Shown here: positions 13,290 to 27,429 of the stretch, in pieces | How positions within the stretch are numbered: the stretch's first letter is position 1 | Layout: every line of letters starts with the position of its first letter | Assembly (NCBI RefSeq): GCF_009914755.1 | Contig: NC_060928.1 | Length of the DNA stretch: 64,000 nt | DNA from: the human T2T-CHM13v2.0 reference genome, Homo sapiens | Direction: 5' to 3' (one strand) | Program-made: the position numbers and the translations under genes | The notes under the pieces: model-generated | Seen by the model: only the letters and a program-made list of their open reading frames with translations | Told to the model about the DNA's origin: nothing | The model's database searches: none

Positions 13290-14412
13290 TTCTGGAGAAA
13301 CAGGTTGAATTTAGAAGATGTGTTTAGGGCCAAGGGACTAGAGATTTGCGATAACACAGATCTGGTAAAAACACAGTAGGCCATTGTGAAAGAGCAAGAA
13401 TGGGTTTTAATCCAGCATAGTGCCCGTCATTCCAAAGGATTCAAAGACTGGAGAAAGAAAATATTGATTCTTCAAAACTGTTCTGTACACTGACCGTGTT
13501 CTTTGGAAATTGCCAAATAGGAGAGAAAAGACATCTATATGCAACTATTTATAATAAAAGGCATCTGTAATCCCTACGCTAAAGTACAGAAGAATCTTTA
13601 TAGATGTGGATTTCCTGAGAGATTCTGGATGCTCTGTTTAAAATCCCACACGCAAGAGAGCATTGCATGAAACAAGAAACATTGGACTTGCTCACCAGAG
13701 CAGCCATTTTAGAGCTTTCCCTTGGCTTTTGCATTCCTTGAATTCTGGCCTTAGACTGTCCACTACGCTCACACTTGATTCTCTCATAGTTTTCTTCATT
13801 TGTTCATAGACCTGATTTCTGTTCTTTATACATGTGCACTAACTTGATTCATCCTTGCAAAACCATATGCTTCTCAGAATCCCCAAACTCAGGGTTGTAA
13901 TTTATACCTGATAGAAGGAAGTGACCATCCTGAAATTAACCACACAGAACCAGAAATTGAAGAATCAAAAGAATGCAGTTTCCTAAAAGTACTGTGCCAA
14001 ATGATTCACCAAGAGGAACTACTCAAGAGAAACTGAGAATTACTAGCAGAGTTTATATATGTATATAACAATATATAAATTTATTTTCTAAATATATTGT
14101 TATGTATCTATAAACAAATAACAATATATTTAAAAATATATTGTTAGCTGTGTAGATTGCTCATCTAATATTCAGAATTAGTTTCAGTACCTATTTTGGT
14201 TGTCTTGTAAAATATCAAGAAAAAGATATGGCCGGAGAAAAAGAAATGTTGAACCAAGGAGATACCATGTAAAAAAAAAAAAAAATAGCTGTTATTTCCA
14301 AAAAGGATATTGCCTCTTTCTGAATGTTTCCTTAGGCATAAATTTGTAAGTTTCTACACCATATACATACTTGCATGGCAAATAAGCAACAGGAGTACAA
14401 AAAGAACATATG

Positions 14413-14830
14413 TGTTTCTCAGTCTGTTTGTGCTGCTATAACAGAATATTACATACTGGATAATTTATAAAGAAACAGAAAATTATTTCTCATAGTTATG
14501 GAGGCTGGAGAAGTTCAAGATCAAGTTGCTAGCAGGTTTAGTAAGCACCAAATGTTCAAGGCACCATCTTAGAATCAGTGGCTACTTCTAAGATGGTGCC
14601 TTGGACATTGCTTCCTCTGAAAGAGAGAAACACTATTTCTCACATGGCAGAACAGCAAAAAAGAGCAAATCCACTCCCACACGCCCTTTGAATAACAGCA
14701 TTAATCCATTTGTGAGGGTGGAACCCTCATTACCTAAATATCTGTCATCAGGTCCCACCACCCAACACTGTTGCATTGGGGGTTAAATATCCAACAGAAT
14801 AATTTGAGGAGATTCATTTGTACCACAGCA
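14413..14830 (-). mobile_element. MaLR solo LTR (MST/MLT1A group)
   Basis: Characteristic MaLR motifs gctgctataacagaa...ggaggctggagaagttcaagatcaag and cccaacactgttgcattggggg. Confidence 0.8.
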
Positions 14831-14879
14831 GTATATTTCTTTTAGCTGCCTAGCCAGCATCGTGCATTGTTTGTTGATA

Positions 14880-15350
14880 TGTAAATCAGATAACTCTTGG
14901 AGCACATAATATGCATCAATCACATACTTGGTGCTGGGAATACCATATATTGTGGGTGAGGCAAACAATTATTAATAAATAAGCCAGTATAATATAGCAA
15001 AGATAACATAAACTCTTCCAACCCACATAATTCATTTATTCCATTTCCTTAAATGAATACAAATCATTATAAATCCCTTCAAGTGATGTCTTCAACAAAA
15101 ATTGGGTGTCATAATACCAGGTTGAGTGCTTCATGTTGAGTATCCTAAGTGTCCAGCAGTAAACTTGAGTTTACAGTTTGGTGGGCGCTATAGACAGAGA
15201 AACAGGAAAGTGTAAGCCAGTATGATATTTACTGGGGGATGTGGGAACATAAATTAAGTATGTAACCCAATTTTAGAGCCCAGGAAAGCTGCAAGAGAAG
15301 GAAGTAACATCTAAGCTGAGATTTGAATCCCAATATATTTGTTCAGGAGA
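14880..15350 (-). mobile_element. L2 fragments
   Basis: Degenerate L2 3' motifs (gagcacataatatgcatc...ggtgctgggaatac; gaagtaacatctaagctgagatttgaa). Confidence 0.4.
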
Positions 15351-18300
15351 ACTGGGAAAAGGAATGGTGAGAAAGAGTAAGTACTAATCAAGGAACTGAA
15401 TAAACCTTAATATGTATTCCAATCAGAATAAAGGTAGGTCTGTTCTCTCTGGTTCCTAATTCAGGCTGTGCTAATGTGCTTGATGAACCAACATTAAATC
15501 ACTGGGTCTCAGGGAGACTGTGAAGAGCTGCATTGCTTAGAACAGATTTACCTGGATTTCTTGAGGTTGGAGAGTTATTTTTACCATCACAGGCATACTG
15601 TTACTCAATTCTCTTCTAGAACAAACAATAACAATAACAAAAACGAAAATTCTAAAGAGTGGATTAAAAAATTATTTAAGTAAAAGCAACTCATTCACTT
15701 TTTAGAGAGTTGCTTATCATTATGTGGTGCATTTTTATTTTCTATAAGAAATATAAGAGCAACATTATTCTATCTTCACCATCCAACCCTCATCCCCACA
15801 ATTCCCCCCAAAATTGGGAACATCCAGAATAATCTACTTTTAAACTGAAATATCTGTGCATGCAATAGAGGTTTTAAGGGCAGGTTCTCAAAAGAACATA
15901 CGTTCCACAGTTCATTCTGAGGCAGTTTTTGGTATTTACAAGTAGGTGCTGTTCAGTTACTTATGTAAAGAACTATTCTCAGACAGAATCTAAAACACCC
16001 TGGGGTTAATAGATTGCAGATACTGTATGGAAATCAACAATTTTGATGGTCCCCAAATGTTTCCAGAATGCATTGCCGTATTTCTGCAATTCTCTAGACT
16101 AAAACTAAATTTTAATTCTCCTTACTCTAAATTGTATTATTTGTTCTTATTTAACAGTGAATAGTTAATACTTGTTTGCTGTGAAAACACTCATGGATGT
16201 TTCTGAAGCTTTTCCCCAAAGGAGAGTTGGCTTAAAATTCTTGCATCAGAATATTTTGTGCTTTATAATGGTTCCGAAACATTGCTTTTATACTGACCTA
16301 TGGTATTAATTTTAACTGACTTCAACTCTTTAGGGCATTTCTAAACAATGTTGCCGTTTAAAAGGAACAGTTGTGTTCTTGAAATTATTTTTTCCACAGG
16401 GCCACTGCATATGCATTGGGATATAATAAAGCCATAAACTCATTTATTATTGCAAATTTTACATTGAGTATGTCAGCTATGGTTCTAAACAATTGATTTG
16501 TTAAATGGAACAAATCCATTTACACTTTAATAGCTGCTAATTTGTTACATTTTAGACATTTGGAAAATTAATGGAAGCTTTATAATCCACTGACAAATTA
16601 TCACCAGAGTAGTCATATGCCATAAGTAATGTTTCTTTAATATGTGACATAAAATGGACTCAGAAGAAAGAAATGCATGTAGGTGTGATATATGACTTCT
16701 TTTAGAACCAATTCAAGGCATTGTTTATTGAATACAAGTTTTATTGTTGATTTTAGTTATTTATTATAAATATATATGAAATCATACTTTCATAAAATGC
16801 CATTTGTGAAAACAGTAGCTGAAAAGCTAGGAGTGTAGGTTCTGTAAATAAATAATTATCATCATTTAGGCTGAAAAATTTGATTATTTTTAAGGGTACT
16901 TTGAAAATGGCATGTTTTCTTATTATATAATTGTTAAATTCTTACTTTTAGAGAAGGAAGTATTTTTCTCAAATTTTCTATTTCTTAGCATATAAAAAGA
17001 ACTATTTTTGTTACACAGGCTGTATGTGTTATGCTTAATCTGATATATCTATTTTGGGGGTTCCATCTAGCTTTCCCCATCAAATTTCAATTTTCTTTAA
17101 AATGGTTTACAATTATTAAGTTATCTTACAAAAAAGATAACCCAAGGAAATATGTCAAGTATTAAGGTTTACCTCAATCAAAGAAACACATTTTTTCCCT
17201 TTATTTCTCCAAACCTAGCAGTAACTAGGATACTCTAATTCTAACTGAACATTATATACTTTACATAACTTAAATATGAAGAGCCTCCTGTGGGTAGCCT
17301 CTGATTTTGCATGGTAGCAAATGTAAAACTCAGGCTGCACCCTAAAGCGGGATTCAATCTTTTCCTTATTACCAGAAGCAAATCAATACCAAAAGAGCCT
17401 GAAAGAAAAATGTACTGAATATTCTTCAGGATAAACTGGAGGATGATTTACCCACAAAACATACTACATTTAGAATTTAAAATATGCATCTGTAGCTGTG
17501 TCTTTCCAAGCCTCTCTCAACTGAAGGATTGCTTTTCTCTCCTATTCAGACTTTCTTTTGAGAAGACATTGCCCCTAAAGAAAAATCTTTCTGCAGCTCA
17601 TATTGATTCATTTCTCTCACAACAAGGATACCCATTCAACAGAACAAAGCTCTGAGTGTAACTAGCCCTATGTTCTCCAGAATTTAGTTTAGAAATTACA
17701 TAATTTTACTTGAAAGCATGCCTCCTAGGGAATCTCACCTCCCATCCTATGAGCCTTTTGAAAATATTTACCCCAAAAAGTGGAGAAAAAGTTTTTAAGA
17801 ATAATTTATTTAGTAAATAAGTAATAAAAATATTGAGTGAAGAATGGAGAGAAAAAAACTGTTGTAATTAGTAATTTTTCCATATTTTGATAAAAGATAT
17901 ATGTAGTGGTGTTTTTGTATGCATTCAGTTTGCAAATGCCTTACTGTATCTGCTACTATTTCCTTCAGTATCTGTGTGGGACTTGACATATTGTATCTAA
18001 AGAATTCTTCCATTGAACTATCAGCTTATCATTTCTTTGTATTTCAAGAGGTTTTTTTTCAGGGCAGTGTTGAAGAGTGCAAATTTTCAGATAGTCAAAA
18101 ATTTAAAATTGTCAAGTATCTGTTATGCTGCCCTGCTGAAAATGGAAAGAAGAAGATAGTCTGAGTTTATTTTGCTCAATCTATGGAGAAGGCCATATCC
18201 TGTCTTCCTTGTCAAATATTCCAGATAATGTAGACCAAAAAAGGAGATAGGGTTGTATCATCATGATACCAAATAATAAAAAAAAAAAGACTTTTGACCA

Positions 18301-18420
18301 AGTAGGCTCAATTAGCCAAGAAATTTTTCAACATTTTTACTAGCTGCTTTTCCTAGATATTTTAAGATTTAGTTAAATCCCATATTTCACAAGCAGAGTT
18401 TCTAGTCAGATGTATGGTAG

Positions 18421-18596
18421 TTTTTTTTCAACTTTTAGGTTTGGGGGTACATGTGCAAGTTTGTTACAAGGGTAAATTTCGTGTCACTAAGGTTTGATAT
18501 ATGAATGATCCCATCACCTGGGTAGCAAGCACAGTACCTAATAGATTACTTTACCCTTCCCCTCTCTCCCTCTTCCCCCACTCCACCTTCCAGTAA
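18421..18596 (-). mobile_element. Severely 5'-truncated L1PA15/16-like 3' end
   Basis: L1 3' UTR end (ggggtacatgtgcaagtttgttac). TSD tatggtagtttt at 18413-18424 and 18597-18608. Confidence 0.85.
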
Positions 18597-19654
18597 TATG
18601 GTAGTTTTCTTTCCCTTCTCTATGGCATATAGCATTTGTATGCCCTCATTAAGCAGTTATTATTCTACCGTATTGATTTCCTTTTTTTGCAATTTCTGCA
18701 CAAAATGCCATTGCATGAATGAACTTCTTGCAGTCTGGGGCCATAATTTTATACTTCTTATTCCAACCATAGTGTACTATTTAAATGTAAAGAGTGCTGA
18801 TTGACAAAATCATCTCATAAATCACTTCCATTATAATTCAGTATCACCTGATATCTTTGCATTAAGATAGAAAGTTACTGTCAACAACAACAAGAAAAGA
18901 GCTTTCCTGGGTGTCACCCTGGATCAATTCATTATGCAGAACATAGAATGTTTTAGCTAGGCCGTATACAGAGGCAAATAATTAGCGTTCTATCTATAAA
19001 CTGTATCTAAAAGGTACACAATGCCCACGGCTCTGGAATAGAACTGACCCAACACACACATTATAAACTTCCCAAATCCCAAGGGAATTACAGGTATGGG
19101 GAATTTTACAGCACAGTTGAATTATAGTGTCAGGCCTTTAAAGAGGAAGAGATAAGTACAAGAAAAGATGGCAAGAGAAGCTATCCCTGTCTATTGAAGC
19201 CAGATTACTGCTACTTTTTTATGATACATAGTTTATAACTGGAGTAATTTGACTTTGTAACTATATCTAACATATAGCTTTTTACACCATAAAATTTTTT
19301 TTAAAGTATAACAGTTTTCCACTAAATTGTACATAGTACTCACACCGAGACAGTTCTCTCAGTGCATGAATGATTCTCCCTGAAACATCTTACTCTACCC
19401 CGAAGAACTGCTCAAATTGATAAATAATTTTAGAAAAAGCAAAGCAACATACATTAACAATGTACAAATGAACAGGAAATTTTATACAAGCAGTGGAGAT
19501 TTGCAAAATGATAGCGTATATCTAGCTTTTAAGGTAAGTAACTACTCTTCTGGAATTGGAAAGCATAAAGAAGGTGGGCTATATCACAAACAACCAAAGT
19601 GGGAGGACAAGTATATGGCTGCATTCTCTTTGTTCAAGCCCAGATGTGACACCA

Positions 19655-19830
19655 GCTAGCTCTGGTCTCAAGGTTCCAGCTTTGTCGTTAGTATTTGTAA
19701 GACCCTGGAAAATTTGTGAAAGGTAAATAATAAATCTCATTAGATTATTGCAAAAATTGCATTTTAAAATGTATATTAAACTCTTTGTACAGAACTAAAT
19801 GTGCAGTAAATGCTAATTAGTATTAGTTAT
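19655..19830 (+). mobile_element. MIR fragment
   Basis: Degenerate MIR core and tail (ggttccagctttgtc...gcagtaaatgctaattagtattagttat). Confidence 0.5.
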
Positions 19831-20627
19831 GGTTGCATGAAATACAATAACTTTATTTCCTATACTGTATTTTACATGTTCTTCTCAGTAGTTTGACCTT
19901 TTGTGAGAATTCTAAATCTAGTTGTCTTTGTCTGCAAACAAACAAAAAAATAAAACCGTTAAATACCTGATATCTTACCCATATTATCAGAACAATAACA
20001 CTAAGAGCAATAAGAGGCCCTTAATTGGGCATTATGACAGAACCTGATTAATATTCAAATTCTTCAACCCATCCAATAATATAAGTTCCATAATTACCAA
20101 CTGTATGTTTTCCCTGTCTCTACTGTAAAGTTTTCTTCTGTTCTATAGTAAATACTATTAAAGAAAGTATAATTTATTTTAAAAATAAAGTTTAGACACA
20201 AATTGAATTCATCACACAGAAAGCCAAGACTGTCAAATGGAACACTACATAACACACAGCAATAATTTTAGTCTAGATGTATATTTTTGCAAAATAATTA
20301 GCTTATGTAGATGCCTGAACATTTCTATTCCTCCTTTCTCTCATAAGTTGCTAAAATTTTATGGGGTTTTCTATAATAGCCTAATCAATAATAAATAATA
20401 TAACTAGTGAAGTCCAATATACTTTCATATAAATTTATGGAGGCAAGATAATTTGTTTACACAAAATAAAATATAGCACATATATCGATATAACAATATG
20501 CCAGTTTTGAATCAGTGCTTCACAAATGCCATAGGAAAAAAATAATCACAACACTTTCAACTTATCTGGTGCTCAAACTCTTCCCAGTTCATGACTAAAG
20601 TTATTATCTTTACATTATAATTTTTAT

Positions 20628-21232
20628 TGTTATGGTTCCTCTCTAATTTGGTCTTAAAGTCTTTCTCTTGAGAATGGCCATTAAGCCAACATAGCCATAC
20701 TCTAGGAGAGCTCTGAAGAGGGGAAATTTAGGTTTGGGTGTGTGTTTCAGGTGAAACACAACGAGGAGATGAAACTAAAATGCATGAAACAGAAGACATT
20801 TATTAAGCACAAGTCCCAGAGAGGTTAGGGATGCTGAAGGGCGCAGCATCCCTAGCAGCTGAAAGGGAAAGAGAGAGAGAGTGAGAGCGTGAGAAAAGAG
20901 AGAGAAAGAAGAACCATGTGGGATAACACCTTTAGGTTCCATGGTTACCCCTTAGGCTTTCCCAAGGGAGACTGTGGATGGGCTATTTTAAAGAAAACAC
21001 ATGAGAAGATGGAACTTATTTGCAAGATTCTATCATAGTTAGCAGCTCTGAGATGTGTTAGGTTTGGGGTTAGTAGGATAAACAGGTGGGCTATATCACA
21101 ACCAACCAAACTGGGAGGGCAAGTTTTAACTCAGCCAAAGGTGATGGGGTGCTACTGCGTTTCAGACCACTTATATCAGGACTAAAAAGAGATCCCAAGG
21201 CAGTAGCAACTGTATTCAACAAATTTTGAACA
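20628..21232 (-). mobile_element. ERVL-type solo LTR (MER54/MER73/MER74 group, subfamily uncertain)
   Basis: ~600 bp with TG...CA ends. Minus-strand start tgttcaaaatttgttgaatacagttgc...atcacctttggctgagttaaaacttgccctccc, with aataaa on the minus strand near 20800. Confidence 0.6.
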
Positions 21233-21397
21233 CCTTAATCCTCACATAAGCTCTGTAATTTGGCTGTTGTTACGGTATTGCTATGAGGCTACTGAGACTC
21301 AAAGAGTTAAGTAGTTTCCCAAAATCATACAGCAAGTAAAAGGCAAAGTTCAAATTTAAATAAGTGTTTGTCCGAATCCAAATCCCATGCACCTTTT
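21233..21397 (-). mobile_element. MIR
   Basis: MIR core gaggctactgagactcaaagagttaagtagtttcccaaaatcatacagc. Confidence 0.7.
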
Positions 21398-22199
21398 ACG
21401 ATGTAGGAATTTACTCTTTTTCGAGAGAAATTAACACTTCATGCTTTTTCCTTGATTATTTATAAAGGAAAACTCTATACTTCTGTGCTTCCTAATTCCA
21501 CAGAAGTATGGATAAGAATATGGATAGTGGTGATGCATTTATCTTTAATTAAAACTGACTTTTGACTATCTGGATCTGTCTGATCACTTCACCTTTGTTT
21601 CACATTAAGTGAAAGCCTTAGAGTGTTGATTACAGGGGCTTTACCATGCCAAAAAGACAGAAATGCTTCGTATGTTAAAAAATAGAAATTAAATATTGAA
21701 GGAGAATTAAGGAAATTAACAAGTGGTGGGTATCAAACAAAAGAAGTCAGGCATTCCTTAGACAAAATAGAGATACCTGCTCTGTTTTGTTTTGATTTAA
21801 TACAGTTTTCATAGAGGCTTTAAATGGTTAAAACAAAAGGGACAGGAAGCCTGTATCAAAATTGCCAAAAATCTTTACTCCCCACTTCAAAGCCAAAGTC
21901 ACCTTTAGGCAAAACCCTAGGCTCCTCACCCATCTCTTAAACATGGAATAATAAGGCAATAGTTTCACTTCACCACTGTGTAGCCTTAACTCTATGAACT
22001 ATGGACTATGAGCTAAACTTACCTGCATTTTGCTGATTATGTTTTGTTTCTGTTACTTCTTGTTACTTCACATCTTTTCACTTGCACTTCTTACTGTTGT
22101 CAATCTTGTTAAAACAAATGAGGAGAGTGATAATATAAAAAGTGCAAAATTCTAGTCTCATAAGGGAATTCAATAACTACCAGTTTTCCCCTACTCATT

Positions 22200-24035
22200 T
22201 TGAAATTTCTGTTTCCAAATGCCATGACTAGTATATAGAAAAATGATTGATTGTTTGTATGATGACATCATGTCCTATAACCTTGATAAACTCATTTATT
22301 AGAGGTTTTTAATTATTGTTTTCTGTTTGTTTTGTGGTTTTTTGGTCAATTTCTTGGGATTTTCTACACAAACAATTATGTTGTCCACAGATAGGGGTAA
22401 TTTTATTTCTTCCTTTCAAATCTTTTCAAAGATAAATTCCTTTTATTTATTTTTTAATTTAATGTCTTTTACTTTATTTAAATGTATTTCATTTCTTTTT
22501 AAATTGTATTATATTTTAACTTATTACACAGACTAGGACTCAGTAAGATGTCCAGTTGCAATGATGATAGTGGACATAATTGTTTTGTTCCTAATCCTAT
22601 GTAGAATTATTCAGTCTTTCTTAAGTATGATGTTAATTGTAGCATTTTGTAGATGCCCTTTATCAAGTTGAGTAATTTCTTTCTCTATCTAGTATGCTAG
22701 GGATTTTTATCACAAGTGAGTGTTGGATTTTGTCAAATGCTTTTCTGTCTAAATTGAACAATAATGTGGTTTACTTCTTTAGATCAGGGTTAGTAAACTT
22801 CTAGTAAAGAACCAAGTATTTTAGATTTTGTGGGCCATATGGTTTCTGTTGCATCTGACTTTTTTCTTTTAAACAATGCTTAAAAGGTAAACATTATTTT
22901 CAGAATGTGATCCACATCAAAATAGTCCATTGGCTTCATTTTACCCTCTGACCAGACTTGGCCAACTTCTGCTTTAGAGTAATTGATAGATGGATTACAT
23001 CAATTTTTGAATATTGAGTCAGCTTTGCCATCCTGTGACTAACCTCATTTGGTTGTAGTGGAGTTTTACTTTATATATACCCAGATTTTATTTGCTAATA
23101 TTTTGTTGAAATTTACTTTTTCACCTCTTTTCATGAAAGATATCAGTTTGTAGTCTTTTTGTTTTACTCTGTTAATTTCAGGGTAATTCTGACTTCATAA
23201 AATGAGTTTGAATATATTATCTCCTTTATTTTCTGAAGGAGATTCTGGATAATGGGTGTGATGGCTTCTTTAAATGTTTCATAGATTTTCTCAGATATTT
23301 CTTTTACAGAATGTTTTGACCTATGATGTAAATTTCTTTAATAGATATAAAGCAGTTTAGCTATTTGTTTTACCTTGTGTAAGTTTTGGTAGTTTGCAGT
23401 TTTCAAGAAAACGGTACATTTCATCTAGGTTTTCATACATGTGTGTTTATAATTTTTCATTACGTTACTTTACTATCCTTTTCATATCTGCAGGGGATAA
23501 AATGATATCCTCATTTGTCCCCAATGTTGGTAATTTATATTTTATTTTCATCTTTGTAAATATTGCTTGAGGTATATCAATTTTATTGTCCTTGAAAAGG
23601 AGATTACTTTTGGTTTCCTTGATGGTTCTCTATTGTTTTCCTATTTTTAATTTCACTGATTTTTTATTTTACCTTATTTTTTTTTCTTATCCTTGCTTTG
23701 AGTTTATATTGTACTTTCTACTTTGACTAAGATAAATTTTGCATCATTCATGTGTAGCTTTTTTTTCCTACTTTTTATTTCTTTTAAGTACTGCTTTAGC
23801 TGTATTCCACAAATTTTGTTATACTTCCCTTTTTGTTTAATTCCTAATATTTCCTAATTTATCTCGAGACTTCTTGTTTGACAATGAATTATTCAAATGC
23901 ATGTAGTTTAATTTTCATATTTTGGAGATTTTCTTATCTTTCTTTCATTGGTTACTAGTTTTATTCCATTATGGTCAGAGAATACATTTTTGTAAGATTT
24001 AATTATTTTACATTTGTTAAGATTTGTTTTATGAA
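22200..24035 (-). mobile_element. Ancient L1M ORF2 fragment
   Basis: T-rich, with degenerate ORF2 antisense motifs (gttggattttgtcaaatgcttttctg, ttcataaaatgagtttg). Confidence 0.75.
22785..22971 (+). mobile_element. MER58-family hAT element nested in L1
   Basis: TIRs cagggttagtaaac/ttggccaacttctg and an 8-bp TSD ctttagat/ctttagag. Confidence 0.75.
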
Positions 24036-24039
24036 GGAT

Positions 24040-26735
24040 AAGTTGTTGTAACTGTTTTCTCCTACAACCGTAAAAGAGGCACACTATCCTAGTGGGCCTC
24101 TTTGGGCTGTGGAGGTAACATATTCTTCATTTGGATGTCACTCTCACCTATTTACTACATGACCCAAAAGCCACTTGCTTTGAGTTGGAGCACAGAACAA
24201 ACAAAGGCTCTGAAACAAGTTCAGGCTGCTGTGTATGCTGGTCTGCAACTTGGGGAATATGATCCAGCAGATCCAATATTTTTTGACATGTCAACAGCAG
24301 ATAGGGATGTTGTTTAAAGCCTTTGGCAGTCTCCTATAAATGAATACAGTGTAGGCCTTTAGGATTTTGAAGCAAAGCCCTTCCATTCTCTGCAGATAAC
24401 TTCTCTTATTTTGAGAAACAGGTATGGCTTCCTACTGAGGCTTAGAGACCATGGGCCACTAAATTACCCTGTGACCTGAGCAGCCCAGCATGCACAGGGT
24501 ATTATCTGACCCGCAAAGCCATAAAGTTGTACATGCACAGCAAGACTCCATCATCAAATGAACATGGTAAATATGTAATTTGTCCTGAGCAAGTCCTGAA
24601 TAAGTTACATGAAGCAGTCCAAATATCCATGGTCCCCACTCTTGCTATACTGCCCTCCCTCCTCCATCCTGCCCCTCATGGGAGTTTTCTATGGTCATTT
24701 GCCAGAGCAAAAGAAGACAAACTTGGATTACAGATGGTTCTGTGCTATATGCGGGCATGACCTGCCAGGCTGCATGACAACTACTGCCCCTTTCTGGGAT
24801 ATTTCTATAGGACAGTGGTGAAGGAAATTCTTCCAAGTAGGCAGAATTTAGAACAGTTTTTATTTGCTTGGGAGAATAAATGGTCAGATGTGTGATTATA
24901 TACTGATTCGTGGACTGTGGCCAATGATTTAACTATACGGTCAAATACTTGGAAAGAACATAATTGGAAAATGTGTGACAAGGAAATCTTGGGAAGAGAT
25001 GTATAGATAAACCTCTATGAATGGACCAAAAAAAACCTATGAGGATATTTGTGTCCCATGTGAATGTTCACCTCTAACCAGAGGAGGATTTTACTAATCA
25101 AATGTATACGTTGACCCATTCTATGGATACCCATTGGTCTCTTTCCCCAGCCGCTACTGTTAACACTCAGTTGGATTGTGAACAAAGTGATCATAGTCAC
25201 TAGGAGGAAGTTATATGTTGAATAAGCAAGTAGATTTCCACTCGCCAAGACTAACCTAGCTATGGCCACCTCTGAATGCCCAATCTGCCTGCATCAGAAA
25301 CAAATTCTGAGTTTCCAATCTGGCACCATTTCCTGAAGATATCAGACAGCTACCTGGTTGAAGGCTGATTACAATTGACCACCTCTATCTATCTTATAAG
25401 AATAGGATGTTGCTCTTAGTGGAAAAGACACTAACTCCAGATATGGATTCACCTTCCCTGTATGCCATGCTTCTGCCAAAACTACCATCTGTGGACTGAC
25501 AGAATGCCTTTTCTAATGTCATGACATTCCACACATAGCATCTGGTCAAGTAGTTCACTTCATAGCAAAAGAAGTGCAGTAATGAGTCCATGCTCATGGA
25601 ATTTACTGTCTTATCATGTTCCCCACATCCTAAAGAGGAAATAAGTCATTATTTACTGTGCCAGCTAGGGAGTAATACCTTATAGGACTGGTACAAAATT
25701 TCCCAGAAGACTATATGCTCTGAATCAGCATGCAATGCACAGTGCTATTTCTCCCATAGCCAGGATTCATGAGTCTAGAAACTAAGAATTGGAAATGGGA
25801 GTAGAACCACTCATTGTTATGCCCAGTGACTTACTAGCAACATTTTTGCTTTCTGTTCCCAAAACTTTATGTTCTGCTGACCTAGAAGTCACAGTTCTAA
25901 AGGGAGAAATCCATCCGCCAGGAGACACAACAGCAATTTCATTAAATTTGAAATTAAAACTCTTGCTTAGCCACTTTGAGCTCTTTATGTCTCTTATTCA
26001 ACAGGCAAACAAAGAGTTACTATGTTTACTGGGGTGATTGTTCCTGATTACCGAGTGGAAATTGGGCTACTACTTCACAATGGAGGTAAAGAAGAGTGTG
26101 TTTGGAATATCGGATCTCCCTTAGGGAGTTTCTTTGCGCTACCGTGTCCTGTTATTAGGGTCATTGGAAAATGACAACAACCCAATCCAGCAGGACCATG
26201 CATGGCCCAGATCCTTTAGGAATAAACTTTTGCATCACCCCACTTGGTAAAAACCATGATCAGCTCAGATATCTGATGAAGGTAAAGAGAATACAGAAGG
26301 GATAGTGAAAGAAGATAATTATAAATACCAATTACAGGATGTAACCAGTTGCAGAAATGAGTATTCCTCCTTATTTTGTTATGAATATATTTGTGTGTTT
26401 GCATATATATCAAATATCTTTGTATCTCCTATCTCTTATTCCCTTATTATGTAACATAGAATGCATATAGACTTTATATAATAGTATACATATAAATATA
26501 TATAATATTAAGTATTACTTATTTTATATTGTAGTATCTAAGTTACAGCAGATCAAGTAGAATAGTAAACATCACTCAAGGTCCTTGTTTTTTGAGAAAG
26601 GTGTTAGTGCATTTTCAGTTCTATACAAGATGTTTGCATCATGTTAGGTGGTATCATAACCTTGTTATTGTTTTTCATTTGGAGAGGGCAATGAATATGG
26701 ATGTCAAGTTGGAGGATGGGCTTCTGATGCTTAAT
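24040..26735 (+). mobile_element. ERVL internal fragment (pol connection, RNase H, integrase, dUTPase) ending at the PPT and a truncated MLT2 LTR start
   Basis: Peptides EQTKALKQVQAAVYAGLQLGEYDPADP and LCSADLEV...PPGDTTAISLNLKL (ERVL dUTPase). The end gtcaagttggaggatgggcttctgatgcttaat resembles the ERVL/MLT2 junction. Confidence 0.88.
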
Positions 26736-27429
26736 GCTAATTATGACAGTAAAAGCACTGTTTCTGTGATACACACAGGAAATTTATATATGTTCTCGGT
26801 CAGCTCAGAATGTCTTTTTGAGTAATGAAAGGTCTATTGTATGTATCCATGGGTAGTGCCACAATATGTAAACACTTTTGTTTAAGAGTTCTGGAATGTG
26901 AGGAGTATGTCCTCTCTGGAAAAATGATGGGTGTTTCCTCCAAATAACAAATATTGGTTTAATTTTACCAAGCTATTTTGTTTCATTAAACTGTGCACAT
27001 GGGGAGAAAAAACAGTTTTATGTTTAAATCAGGCTTCCAGACAACTTAAGATAATGAGTAAAAAAGACACCCAGAGACATTTCGACGCTTAAATGAATCC
27101 TATATTGAATTTCTAGTCTCAGAATATCAGTGCTTATTCAACTAGCAACAATTACTTTGGTGGATGTTTAAAGAGTTTTGGCAAAATCATGTTATAATCA
27201 GAGTGGAGTAATGTATTTTTAATGCTTTCTTATGAAAGTGAAAAAAAAATGTAGTAGCAGTAAAATGAGACGGATAGATAATGAGAAATAAGCAGAAAGG
27301 CAATTGACAAAGAATAAAAGAAAGAAGCAGGTGATGTAACCAGGCTTCTCTTTGGCTGAAATATAGAGACTTAATGATTATTCCTTATTCATTAATCTTT
27401 GTAGCCTCTCTTTTCCATGGTTCAGAGCT

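Noticed and set aside
18060-18135. Possible MITE or hairpin with cagggcag/ctgccctg ends
   Set aside because: Only 8 bp of perfect terminal match and no TSD. Could be chance or a decayed relic.
25850-26200. Functional dUTPase gene
   Set aside because: Normal ERVL component, frameshifted and decayed here.
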